Positions 17,387-28,161 of a stretch of DNA of 64,000 bases are shown piece by piece. The stretch comes from Armatimonadota bacterium. Lineage in GTDB: Bacteria; Armatimonadota; UBA5829; DTLH01. The notes under the pieces were generated by a model. The model ran no database searches. It worked only from the letters and a program-made list of their open reading frames with translations, and had not been told where the DNA came from. Every line of letters starts with the position of its first letter. Position 1 is the stretch's first letter. The stretch covers positions 13,506 to 77,505 of the forward strand of contig JBDKSP010000023.1 of NCBI GenBank assembly GCA_039680575.1, in the 5' to 3' direction. The translations under genes were made by a program, and so were the position numbers.

Positions 17387-19591
17387 TTGAACACTAAAAT
17401 TGGTCATTGTTTATACTGCTGGAAAAGAAGTGAGTATGAAAGGAATTATTGTGGTTTTTGCCGTTTGCTTCTTCTCATGGCGCTTACGGCGTTTGGTAAA
17501 GTTAGCATGAAAGAGAATACGACAGTTGTTGCTCCAGGTGTGTGGCGGATACGACTCGGCACGCCTGAAGATCTTACACCTCTAGAGTTCCAGGCTCGCC
17601 CTATGGACGAAAAGAGCTTTTGTACCCTTCCAGAGTGTACTGATATCCCTTTAGGTCTGTCCGAGATTGTGTTCAATACTACTTCTCGTGGCTGCTCCGT
17701 TGAGTTGCCTATGCAGGTAGGAGAGCTCATATACGGTTTAGGGCTGAGCACCAGAGTTTTCGATAAGACCGACAGACGGTCATTCCTGCGCCCTACGGAC
17801 AGCCCGGAAAATGAGCTGAACGACTCCCATGCGCCGGTCCCTTTCTATGTTTCCACTAAGGGATACGGCGTTTATGTCGATACAGCGAGGTATGCGTCGT
17901 TCTATGCGGGCAATGTCGCACCGGCGCGGAAGAAGGGTATATCCGGCGGGGCAAGAGCGGAGTCCACGGATGTCAACGATCTTTACAAGTCCCAGACGCT
18001 GAATGTAAAAACGATGCTCGTGGATATTCCGGCGGCTCAGGGTGTGGATATTTACATATTCGCCGGGCCCGACATGCTGAACGCGGTGCGCCGGTATAAT
18101 CTTTTCGCCGGAGGCGGCGCCGTCCCGCCGCTCTGGGGACTTGGGATGGCTTACCGCGGTTACTCATACTTCAACGCTGAAGAGTCTTATGAGCTTGCGA
18201 AGTCTTTCCGTGAGCAGCACATTCCGTGTGACGTCTGGGGACTGGAACCGGGGTGGGAGACCGCCGCTTATTCATCATCCTTCGTATGGAACCTGGAACG
18301 GTTCCCGGACCCTGACGGATTCATCGACAAAATGCACGGAATGGGCTACCGCATGAATATCTGGCAGCACGCCTTCACACATGCCACATCGCCCATTTAT
18401 GAAGCGCTGAAGCCCTGGTCCGGCAGCTACCTCGTATGGGACGGGCTCGTCCCCGATTTTGCGACTAAAGAGTGCCGTAAAATATTCCAAAAACAGCAGG
18501 ACAAGACACTTTTCGATAAAGGGGTAGATGCTGTCAAACTCGACGAGTGCGATTACCAGCCGTCTTCACCCACTCCTTGGTCATTTCCCGATGTCTCGGA
18601 GTTTCCGTCAGGGCTGGACGGCGAGCAGATGCACTCGCTCTTCGGGCTGCTCTATCAAGAAACGATGTGGGAGCCTGTAAAGAAGCGAAACCTGCGGACA
18701 TGGGGGCTCGTAAGGAACTCTCACGCGCTTGCTTCATCCCTTCCGTATGTCATATACTCGGACAGCTACGATGACCGATGTTACGTGCGAGGAATGGTCA
18801 ACCAGGGGTTTTCAGGACTCCTCTGGACCCCGGAAGTGAGAGATATGAAGAGTGTCGAGGAGCTCTACAGGCGTGTTCAGGTGGTCATTTTCTCTGCGGA
18901 TGCCCTGGTCAACCCCTGGTATATGATGCTCCCACCGTGGCTTCAGATCGATAAAGACGCAAGCAACCGCAAAGAAGTCATGCCGAACCATGCGGAGGTA
19001 ACAGAGGTAATTAAGAGGCTTTTCGAGCTCAGAATGAGCCTGATTCCTTACTGCTATTCGGCTTTCAACGAGTACAGGCAGAATGGGACGCCGCCGATCC
19101 GCGCACTCGTGATGGACTGGCCGGACGATCCCGCAACATACGGTGTGGACGACCAATTTATGGCAGGACAGTCGCTCATGGTTGCGCCTATCTTCACAGG
19201 CGAGAAAAAACGCTCCGTATATCTGCCGCAGGGAGACTGGTACGACTTCTGGACAGGCGAAATGTTCACAGGCGGAAAAGTGATCGAGGTTTCCAAGCCG
19301 CTGGATCAAATACCTGTCTATATAAAAGACAACAGCCTGCTCCCGCTGGCAAAACCCGTCGAACATGTCGCCGAGGACACATGTTTCGAGCTCGCAGTCC
19401 GCGTATACGGGGCTAATCCGGCGCCGTTTGCGCTCTATGAGGACGACGGCGTAACGCTGGACTTCGAGAAGGGCATACAGAACCGTATAGAGCTCAAGTG
19501 GAACGGGACTGAAGGGTCTGTAAGCAAAACCGGCGGATATAAAGGCATGGATAGATATAAAGTCCTGAATTGGGAGAAGAAAGGGCTGTAA
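17387..19591 (+). CDS. Glycoside hydrolase family 31 (alpha-glucosidase/alpha-xylosidase-like); likely true start ATG 17507 (MKENTTV)
   Basis: 734-aa ORF. WGLEPGWE...FVWNLERFPDPDGFIDKMHGMGYRMNIWQHAF and DAVKLDECD match GH31 catalytic-barrel signatures. The first 40 codons look non-coding. Confidence 0.8.
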   Translation: MNTKIGHCLYCWKRSEYERNYCGFCRLLLLMALTAFGKVSMKENTTVVAPGVWRIRLGTPEDLTPLEFQARPMDEKSFCTLPECTDIPLGLSEIVFNTTSRGCSVELPMQVGELIYGLGLSTRVFDKTDRRSFLRPTDSPENELNDSHAPVPFYVSTKGYGVYVDTARYASFYAGNVAPARKKGISGGARAESTDVNDLYKSQTLNVKTMLVDIPAAQGVDIYIFAGPDMLNAVRRYNLFAGGGAVPPLWGLGMAYRGYSYFNAEESYELAKSFREQHIPCDVWGLEPGWETAAYSSSFVWNLERFPDPDGFIDKMHGMGYRMNIWQHAFTHATSPIYEALKPWSGSYLVWDGLVPDFATKECRKIFQKQQDKTLFDKGVDAVKLDECDYQPSSPTPWSFPDVSEFPSGLDGEQMHSLFGLLYQETMWEPVKKRNLRTWGLVRNSHALASSLPYVIYSDSYDDRCYVRGMVNQGFSGLLWTPEVRDMKSVEELYRRVQVVIFSADALVNPWYMMLPPWLQIDKDASNRKEVMPNHAEVTEVIKRLFELRMSLIPYCYSAFNEYRQNGTPPIRALVMDWPDDPATYGVDDQFMAGQSLMVAPIFTGEKKRSVYLPQGDWYDFWTGEMFTGGKVIEVSKPLDQIPVYIKDNSLLPLAKPVEHVAEDTCFELAVRVYGANPAPFALYEDDGVTLDFEKGIQNRIELKWNGTEGSVSKTGGYKGMDRYKVLNWEKKGL

Positions 19592-19600
19592 GAAGTAAAT

Positions 19601-20206
19601 ATGAAAGCATCGTTTATCGAAAAACTGCAGCAAGGACAGGCGCAGACTATCGTTACTTACGGCACAAGCCTTACATGCGGCGCGTGGGTCCAGCAGTTCG
19701 CGGATGCTTTGGAGTCAATAAATCCCGGCGCTGCACACGTTATCAACAGCGGGATGGGTGCCATGCATTCGGATTGGGGAGCAGACAATTTCCAGAACAG
19801 GGTGCTCGCACATAATCCCGATGTGATATTCATCGAATTCTCTATAAACGATGCTTTTGTACCTTACCGCATAAGCGTCGATAAGTGCCGCAGAAACCTC
19901 GAGCGGATGCTGGACACGCTGGCGAAAGAGTTCCCGGAGTGTGAAGCCATACTGATGACGATGAACATTCCTCTCTTCGAACATTTCGAGCAGCGGCCTC
20001 GGTTCGAAGAGTATTACGAAGTCTATCGCAAGGTTGCGCGCGAAAGATCGTTTCGGTTGATAGACCACTTAACCGTCTGGACGGAGATACTCCGCAATTA
20101 CCCTGAAAATTACTATCTTTACGTGCCTGACGGCATTCATCCAAACGCGCTGGGATCGGCAAGGGTTACGACTCCTGGCATTATTGCAAATGTCATGGGC
20201 GAATGA
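19601..20206 (+). CDS. SGNH/GDSL-family hydrolase (carbohydrate esterase-like)
   Basis: 201 aa. Block I TYGTSLTCG, block III EFSINDA, block V DGIHPN. Confidence 0.75.
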   Translation: MKASFIEKLQQGQAQTIVTYGTSLTCGAWVQQFADALESINPGAAHVINSGMGAMHSDWGADNFQNRVLAHNPDVIFIEFSINDAFVPYRISVDKCRRNLERMLDTLAKEFPECEAILMTMNIPLFEHFEQRPRFEEYYEVYRKVARERSFRLIDHLTVWTEILRNYPENYYLYVPDGIHPNALGSARVTTPGIIANVMGE

Positions 20207-20219
20207 CCGTAAAGCCGGA

Positions 20220-20250
20220 CTGGATGCTGAATCAAGTTCAGCATGACGTT
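20220..20250. repeat. Solo family-B hairpin
   Basis: CTGGATGCTGAATCAAGTTCAGCATGACGTT. Same unit as 17230-17260, 32970-33000 and, inverted, 6034-6064. Confidence 0.6.
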
Positions 20251-20358
20251 CAGTGCAGCTCTGAGCTCTTAAGATTGACACTCTACTAGCTGGCGCCTAT
20301 AATCCCAAATAGATGGGCTTTATGGCTCCAGCTTATTTTCAGTGAAAGGAAGATTACC

Positions 20359-20898
20359 GTGGTTAGAAATATCAGATTGTTTTTAGCTGTTTTACTTATC
20401 GCAGGCTTGGCTTCGGCAGCAATTGCACAGTATGAAGATGATAAACCGAGCAAGATCGGTATCGGGCTTATCAACTTCCTGCCGATGGATAGCGACCTGA
20501 AAGACCTCAGATCGATGTGGATGGGTCCTGTGATAGACTGGCACCTGAGCTTCGACGAGGAAGGCAGACCGGACCGGCTCGTATCGCTTGGATTTATCGA
20601 CAGCGGAGAAAAGTACATAAAGGCATCTGAAGAGTTTGCCACCTATACCAAGATCAACCGCACACCGATCTCCGAGAACAGATCGCGCTACATTGGTTAC
20701 GGCGGAGGTATTCACCGCCTCAAGCTGCGCACATATGGATATGACGACGGGACTTTCAAACCAAGTGTCCATGCGCTCTACGGGCAGGAGTTCAACGATA
20801 TATATTTCGCGGAAATCCGCGTCGATCTGCTCCCCAAATGGAAGGACGCGGACTGGGGCGGCATATCTTTGAACATCGGGACCAGAATTTCTCTGTAG
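20359..20898 (+). CDS. Secreted hypothetical protein, possibly a small outer-membrane beta-barrel (GTG start)
   Basis: 179 aa. Signal peptide MVRNIRLFLAVLLIAGLASAAIA, with alternating-polarity strands toward the C-terminus (GISLNIGTRISL). No family recognised. Confidence 0.45.
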   Translation: MVRNIRLFLAVLLIAGLASAAIAQYEDDKPSKIGIGLINFLPMDSDLKDLRSMWMGPVIDWHLSFDEEGRPDRLVSLGFIDSGEKYIKASEEFATYTKINRTPISENRSRYIGYGGGIHRLKLRTYGYDDGTFKPSVHALYGQEFNDIYFAEIRVDLLPKWKDADWGGISLNIGTRISL

Positions 20899-20957
20899 CA
20901 GCTTTACCGTTGTATCGGAAAACCCTTTTCCGATACTGACCTAACGTCCATAAGCAG

Positions 20958-20983
20958 GTTTCGAGGTAATGGTACCCCGAAAC
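20958..20983. repeat. Solo family-A stem-1 hairpin, 3 nt upstream of an RBS
   Basis: GTTTCGAGG-TAATGGTA-CCCCGAAAC, followed by AACGAGGGTGAATATG. Confidence 0.5.
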
Positions 20984-20996
20984 AACGAGGGTGAAT

Positions 20997-23111
20997 ATGC
21001 CGATTTCGCAAATTACCGATCCGAAGCAGTCCCTGGAACGAACGATCTTTCAGACAGCTTCGCCGTATGACGATAGAATCGACCTCAAATCCGATGTGGT
21101 GATGGTCTACGGCATAGACCCCGGACTGCCGGAGCGTATCAAAACCTGGCGGGAACAGGGTTATCGAATCCATGTCATGACCGGGGCATCCTGGGGCAAT
21201 TATGGCGACTTTGTATCGGGTGAATGGGACGGTCAAAACCATGAGGACGCCGCTCAGACTGATAAAAACGGCGATAAGATTATGCACAACCCCGGCTCAC
21301 CGTATATGTGCCCTACGGAGACCTACGGCAAGTATCTCTGTGTGGGGGTAAAACGGGCTATAGACGCCGGAGCCGAAGCTATACATATGGAAGAGCCGGA
21401 GTTCTGGGTGAGGGGAGGCTATTCTGAGGCGTTCAAGCGCGAGTGGAAGGCCTACTACGGTGACGAATGGATCGCGCCTCACACTTCGCCTGATGCGCAA
21501 TACCGGGCGTCGAAATTGAAATATTACCTCTACCGGCGCGCTCTTTCGGACGTCTTCGAGTTCATCCGCAGCTACAGCAAGGAAATAGGGCGGGATGTCA
21601 AATGCTATGTCCCGACCCACTCGATAATCAACTATGCTCAGTGGAGGATAGTCAGCCCCGAAGCAAGCCTCGTCCAGATCCCCGGATGCGACGGTTACAT
21701 CGGCCAGGTGTGGACGGGAACATCCCGCACGAAAAACAGGTACGGCGGAGTGGAGAAGGAACGCACCTTCGAGATGGCGTTCTTCGAGTACGGCGTCCTT
21801 CACAACCTGGTCCGGTCTACCGGCAAGAGGATGTGGTATCTGAACGACCCGATAGAGGACGATCCCAACCGCTGCTGGGCGGATTATAAGCGGAACTGGG
21901 AGTCCACCCTCGTGGCGTCCCTCCTCTGGCCGGATGTCTGCCGGTTCGAGGTCATGCCATGGCCTGCGCGCGTGTTTACCCACCCGTATCCTGTCAAAGA
22001 GGAACAGGAGCGCAAGCCCGGGGAGGATGTCGAACGCGAGTTTATCCCGGCCGGATACGCGACCGAGGTCATCAACGTAGCAAACGAGCTGAATAACATG
22101 GACCAGGAAGAAATCACCTGGGACTGCGGGACCAGAGGATTAGGTGTGCTGGTATCCGATACGATGATGTTCCAGCGTGGAGAGCCGCGCTTTGGAGACG
22201 GATGCCTTGGATCGTTTTTCGGGCTCGCAATGCCGCTTATCAAGCATGGCGCGCCTGTCGAGCCGGTACAGCTCGAAAACGCGGTTATTTCGGACTACCT
22301 GAAGCCGTACAAGGTGCTCTTCCTTACCTGCGAAGGGATGAAACCGCCCATTCCCGAACTGCACGATGCGCTTGCTGGCTGGGTCAAGTCGGGCGGCGTG
22401 CTGGTCTTCGTCGACGACGATAAAGACCCGTATAACGGTGTAAAGGAATGGTGGAACACTTCTCCGTTCAAATATACGGCTCCACGGCAGCACCTGTTCG
22501 AAAAGCTCGGTGTGTCTGAAGAAGGGACGCATCAGGTCGGCAAGGGTTATGTCATATACGCCGCAGTCAGCCCGGATTCCCTTTCCCGAAGCAAAGAGGG
22601 CAAAGAGAAGACTCTGGAACTTGCGAAGAGCGCATGCAGCCTCTCCGGCCTGGAATGGCGCGAAAGGGCATACATGCTGCTTCGGCGGGGGCCTTATGTC
22701 ATCGGAGCAGCGTTGGATGAGACAGATGGACTGCCTCAGCGCAAGCTCAATGGGTCGTTTATGAACCTGTTCAGCCCGAGCCTTGAGATTCTCGACTCGG
22801 TTTCGATGGTACCGGGTTCGAGATGGTTCCTTCTGGACATGGACAAAGTGGACCGGACGAAACCCAAAGTGTTGGCCTCTGCCTCGAAGGTGCTCGACGT
22901 GAACATCGGGCAGGAGAGCATTGATTTCCATTCAGAGGGGCCTGCCGGAGTAGTCTGCGCGGCCAGAATAGCCATTCCGAGGCCGCCGAAAGATGCGCTG
23001 GTCGATGGCGAGGCTAAGAATGTGAGCGCGAAGTGGGACGAAGGCTCGAAAACGCTCCTCCTTACCTACGATAACTCGCCAAAGGGGCGCAGGGTGAAGG
23101 TTTCTTTTTGA
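20997..23111 (+). CDS. Uncharacterised protein, possibly GH42-like architecture (TIM barrel plus amidotransferase-like middle domain)
   Basis: 704 aa from ATG 20997 (RBS GAGGG). AIDAGAEAIHMEEPEFW resembles a glycosidase acid/base strand. KVLFLTCEGMKPPIPELHDALAGWVKSGGVLVFVDDD resembles the flavodoxin-like trimerisation domain of GH42 enzymes. The function is inferred from pattern and gene neighbourhood only. Confidence 0.4.
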   Translation: MPISQITDPKQSLERTIFQTASPYDDRIDLKSDVVMVYGIDPGLPERIKTWREQGYRIHVMTGASWGNYGDFVSGEWDGQNHEDAAQTDKNGDKIMHNPGSPYMCPTETYGKYLCVGVKRAIDAGAEAIHMEEPEFWVRGGYSEAFKREWKAYYGDEWIAPHTSPDAQYRASKLKYYLYRRALSDVFEFIRSYSKEIGRDVKCYVPTHSIINYAQWRIVSPEASLVQIPGCDGYIGQVWTGTSRTKNRYGGVEKERTFEMAFFEYGVLHNLVRSTGKRMWYLNDPIEDDPNRCWADYKRNWESTLVASLLWPDVCRFEVMPWPARVFTHPYPVKEEQERKPGEDVEREFIPAGYATEVINVANELNNMDQEEITWDCGTRGLGVLVSDTMMFQRGEPRFGDGCLGSFFGLAMPLIKHGAPVEPVQLENAVISDYLKPYKVLFLTCEGMKPPIPELHDALAGWVKSGGVLVFVDDDKDPYNGVKEWWNTSPFKYTAPRQHLFEKLGVSEEGTHQVGKGYVIYAAVSPDSLSRSKEGKEKTLELAKSACSLSGLEWRERAYMLLRRGPYVIGAALDETDGLPQRKLNGSFMNLFSPSLEILDSVSMVPGSRWFLLDMDKVDRTKPKVLASASKVLDVNIGQESIDFHSEGPAGVVCAARIAIPRPPKDALVDGEAKNVSAKWDEGSKTLLLTYDNSPKGRRVKVSF

Positions 23112-23255
23112 ACCGCGGAGACGCGGAATAAAGGGAAACGCGGAAGGTAGAGATTTACAGCATTTATTCTTATGCTTTTATGCTTCTGGACCGCAGTTCA
23201 TCCCGAAGCACGGCATCCACCAATCCCCTTTCGCGCACTTCGCGATTCAGATCGC
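23110..23255. repeat. Family-C modular repeat
   Basis: GAACCGCGGAGACGCGGAATAAAGGGAAACGCGGAAGGTAGAGA is the inverse of 6141-6178. ...CCCGAAGCACGGCATCCACCAATCCCCTTTCGCGCACTTCGCG is shared with 29445-29497 and 40345-40375. Confidence 0.6.
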
Positions 23256-23268
23256 TGACAGCTAAGGC

Positions 23269-24153
23269 TCAGTTTTTATAAGTGATTGTTTGCCAGTTGA
23301 TCTGAACATCTTCCTTTTTCTGCTTGCCCTTGGTATTACTGACCTCGAATACTTTCTTTTCTATCCAGTTGCAGTATTTATCATACTTGTAGGCTGTGAT
23401 CGTATGGCCGATGAGTTTACTGCCGTAATACACCTTCGATTCCACCGGATTGGCGTTATCATCGTATGTCATTATTGCTGTCGTAACTTTGCCGGTAGTC
23501 TTCGATATTACTGTGCAACAGGTTATTTTGCCTTTGGAGTTATACTTATAGGCGAGATTCGTACTGCCAGTGGTTTTACCGTTAAAGCGGGCAATGTTCT
23601 CTATCGGCAGATTGCGGTCATTCAGGTAGGTAAGGGTTTCAGCGCAGTCTGTATTCGGCTTAGGCTTACGGTGGAGTAATTGTTTTATCTTATCAAGCCA
23701 ATTCTGCGATACAAGTTTACCATTGCCGTCGGAACTAATAGAGGTTCTTTCGGTGATCAGGCGTTTTGCCGGGTCGTATGTTATCTCTGTGCGTACCGGT
23801 ATATTCTGCCAGGACATGTAAGAGATCTCTTCGGTGAGTTCTCCCCTGCTATTATAGTTGTAGACATCGGTTGATTTACTCTGGTATTTACTGGCTGGTT
23901 TTACACTCTTCAATATTCTACCGTTTCCATCGTAAGTTAAGATAGCACTTTGATCCATCCATCCGAAATCTCTCTTTGTACTACCATCCACCCGAACCTC
24001 TATAACATGCCCACGGATATCTGGTTCTCGAGCCGTCGCTTGAATAGCCAGCGGTATTCCATGGACCGTATTCTGCTTGCTGAAATACACGAGTAGCCCG
24101 CCAAGTATCAATATGACAATCAGCGGGATGAGGAATATCTTTGTTCTTTTCAC
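23269..24153 (-). CDS. Membrane-anchored hypothetical protein with YD/RHS-like short repeats; AT-rich gene
   Basis: 294 aa. N-terminal TM KIFLIPLIVILILGGLLVYF. Repeated Y-x-x-x-G motifs (YDGNGRIL, YNSRGELT, YDPAKRLI, YNSKGKIT, YDDNANPV). Visibly lower GC than its neighbours. Confidence 0.55.
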   Translation of the reverse strand: MKRTKIFLIPLIVILILGGLLVYFSKQNTVHGIPLAIQATAREPDIRGHVIEVRVDGSTKRDFGWMDQSAILTYDGNGRILKSVKPASKYQSKSTDVYNYNSRGELTEEISYMSWQNIPVRTEITYDPAKRLITERTSISSDGNGKLVSQNWLDKIKQLLHRKPKPNTDCAETLTYLNDRNLPIENIARFNGKTTGSTNLAYKYNSKGKITCCTVISKTTGKVTTAIMTYDDNANPVESKVYYGSKLIGHTITAYKYDKYCNWIEKKVFEVSNTKGKQKKEDVQINWQTITYKN

Positions 24154-24258
24154 AGATTGGCCTCCGGCAGAATCAGAAATAGATTGCTCTGAGTATATGC
24201 ACGCAAGCTCGATTAGTCAAGAATTTCCTGTTTTTCGAACACTGAACCTCAAATTTTC

Positions 24259-24287
24259 TTGACACGGCTCAGCCGGGATGGTATAAT
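24259..24287 (+). promoter_or_regulatory. Consensus sigma70 promoter of the pyr operon
   Basis: TTGACA (24259-24264), exactly 17 nt, then TATAAT (24282-24287). Confidence 0.8.
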
Positions 24288-24293
24288 GCCCAA

Positions 24294-25924
<1,631 letters not shown>

Positions 25925-25941
<17 letters not shown>

Positions 25942-27250
25942 AGGCGGAAGGGTAATTGACCCGTCGCAAGGTATTGATGATATCGCCGACGTGCTGGTCC
26001 GTGACGGTGTTATCGCCGGGACAGGCAAGATCGAGCTCGAGTCGATGGACGGCGCTCCTGGAGAAGTCTACGATGTGACCGGCAAAGTTGTTGCGCCGGG
26101 GCTTATCGACATGCACGTCCACCTGAGAGAACCGGGCGATGAGCATAAAGAGACCATAGCGACAGGCGCTGCCGCTGCCGCCGCCGGAGGGTTCACGACG
26201 ATTGTCGCTATGCCGAACACGCATCCGGCCCCCGACAGCCGCGCCGTAGTCGACCTGATTACAACAGAAGGCAAGAAAACACGCGTGAACGTCCTCTGCT
26301 GCGGAGCATTGACGAAGAACATGGCCGGTGAAGAGATGGCCGAGCTTGGCGAGATCGTCGAGGCCGGAGCGGTCGCCGCATCGGACGACGGATTCCCGAT
26401 CCAGAACTCGCTCGTTATGCGCCGGGTAATGGAGTATGCAGGGATGCTAAATATCCCCGTGCTTGTCCACTGCGAGGACAAGGCTCTTACAGCAGGCGCG
26501 GTCATGAACGAGGGGATAGTCTCCACGGTCGTCGGGCTGAGAGGTATGCCCGCTGCCGCCGAAGTCAGTATGATCGAGCGGAACATCCTACTTGCCGAGC
26601 TTGCGGGCTGCCGGCTGCACATACAGCATGTTTCCTGTGCCGCTTCGGTCGATGTCATCCGGCTTGCGAAGGCTCGCGGCGTGAAAGTGACATGTGAGAC
26701 CTGTCCTCAGTATTTCACGCTGACTGACGAAGTCTTGGCCGATTACGATACCAACACGAAGATGAACCCGCCGCTTCGCACCGCCGCCGATGTAGAGGCT
26801 ATCAAGGCAGGGCTTGCCGACGGGACAATCGATGTGATCGCAACCGACCACGCGCCGCACTCTCTCGAGGATAAAGAGGTCGAGATGACCGTAGCCGCGT
26901 TTGGAATAGTCGGGCTTGAGACTGCGCTGCCGCTTGTCGTGACTAAGCTGGTGGATGACGGGGTTATGAGCCTCTCGGACGCCATCGAAAAGCTGACGGC
27001 AAGACCGGCTGAAGTGCTCGGAATCAACCGCGGCACGTTAGACATCGGCGCGCCAGCCGACATAGTGGTTTTCGATCCTGAAGAAGAGATTACAGTCCAG
27101 GCATCGAAGTTCAAATCTATGGGACGAAATACTCCCTTCGACGGCTGGAAGCTGAAAGGCGCTGTAATCGCAACAATCGCAGGCGGGAAAGTAGCGTACG
27201 GGAAACTGGGGACAGAGAGCAAAGAGCAGGTAATACTTGAGCACGCTTGA
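25925..27250 (+). CDS. pyrC: Dihydroorotase
   Basis: Start chosen at ATG 25925 (GGAGGTG RBS; [13 protein letters not shown]) within ORF 25910-27250. [10 protein letters not shown] and ATDHAPH metal-ligand motifs. Confidence 0.9.
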
Positions 27251-27458
27251 GATACTGCTGATAGTTGTACTGGGCATGATCCTTCTTACGTGGATTGTGA
27301 TCTTGGTTACCGCATGGTTGATGGTGCGGAGGATCAAGGCGACCGTGAGAGGCCTTTTGGATGCGTACCGTGGACTGGCCGATCTCGGTACGCAGATCCG
27401 TGATCTTGGCAGAGCAGTAAGTGAGTTGAAAAAGGACCGAAACAGGAGGGTCGGATAA
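27237..27458 (+). CDS. Small single-pass membrane protein with C-terminal amphipathic/coiled segment (TTG start)
   Basis: 73 aa: [34 protein letters not shown]...LADLGTQIRDLGRAVSELKKDRN. It overlaps the pyrC end by 14 nt and stops 1 nt before pyrE, so it exactly fills the gap. Confidence 0.4.
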   Translation: MSTLEILLIVVLGMILLTWIVILVTAWLMVRRIKATVRGLLDAYRGLADLGTQIRDLGRAVSELKKDRNRRVG

Positions 27459-27459
27459 C

Positions 27460-28056
27460 GTGGACGAGCTTTATACCCAACTTTTTGAAGCCGGATGTAT
27501 CAAATTCGGTGAGTTCAAGCTGAAAAGCGGGATCATGTCCCCGGTTTACGTCGATTTTCGCGTACTGGTGAGCAGCCCGTCGCTCCTTAAGCTGGTCGGG
27601 GAGAAGCTCGCGGCCAAACTGGACGGCCTTGAGTTCGACAGAATCGCTGCCCTGCCTTATGCCGGTATGCCGATAGGTGTCGCGGCGTCGCTTGCGGCGA
27701 ATGTCCCGATGATCTACCCTCGAAAAGAGGCCAAAAACTACGGCACGGCGAAGCTGATCGAAGGCAAGTTCGAGCCGGGCGAGAAAGTAGTAGTCATAGA
27801 CGACGTCATAACCGACGGCGGCGCGAAACTCGAAGCCATCAAGCCGATGGAAGAAGCCGGTCTTGTCGTGAAAGACGTTGTAATTATCCTGGACCGCGAG
27901 CAGGGCGGAAAGAAGATACTGGCTGATGCCGGTTACGCTCTTCACTCGGTCATGACGCTGACCGAAGCGCTGGACGCGCTCACAAAACTCGGAAAAGTAA
28001 CGGAAGAAGTCCGCCAGGAGACACTGGCGTTTATAAAAGCTAATCAGTTCGTTTGA
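27460..28056 (+). CDS. pyrE: Orotate phosphoribosyltransferase (GTG start)
   Basis: 198 aa. FGEFKLKSGIMSPVYVDFR and PRPP loop VVVIDDVITDGGAK. Confidence 0.85.
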   Translation: MDELYTQLFEAGCIKFGEFKLKSGIMSPVYVDFRVLVSSPSLLKLVGEKLAAKLDGLEFDRIAALPYAGMPIGVAASLAANVPMIYPRKEAKNYGTAKLIEGKFEPGEKVVVIDDVITDGGAKLEAIKPMEEAGLVVKDVVIILDREQGGKKILADAGYALHSVMTLTEALDALTKLGKVTEEVRQETLAFIKANQFV

Positions 28057-28140
28057 TCACGAGAACACGAAATAAGAAACAGAAGCAAACACCGTAGGTG
28101 TCGGAAATCCTAATTCCCTTTTCTTCCTTTCGTGATAAAA
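28057..28140. repeat. Short MITE-like element with inverted word arms between pyrE and carA
   Basis: Left arm TCACGAGAACACGAAATAAGAAAC; right arm TTTTCTTCCTTTCGTGATAAAA (its inverse is TTTTATCACGAAAGGAAGAAAA). It starts at the first base after the pyrE stop. Confidence 0.55.
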
Positions 28141-28161
28141 AGAAATTCCCGGAGGGGATCG

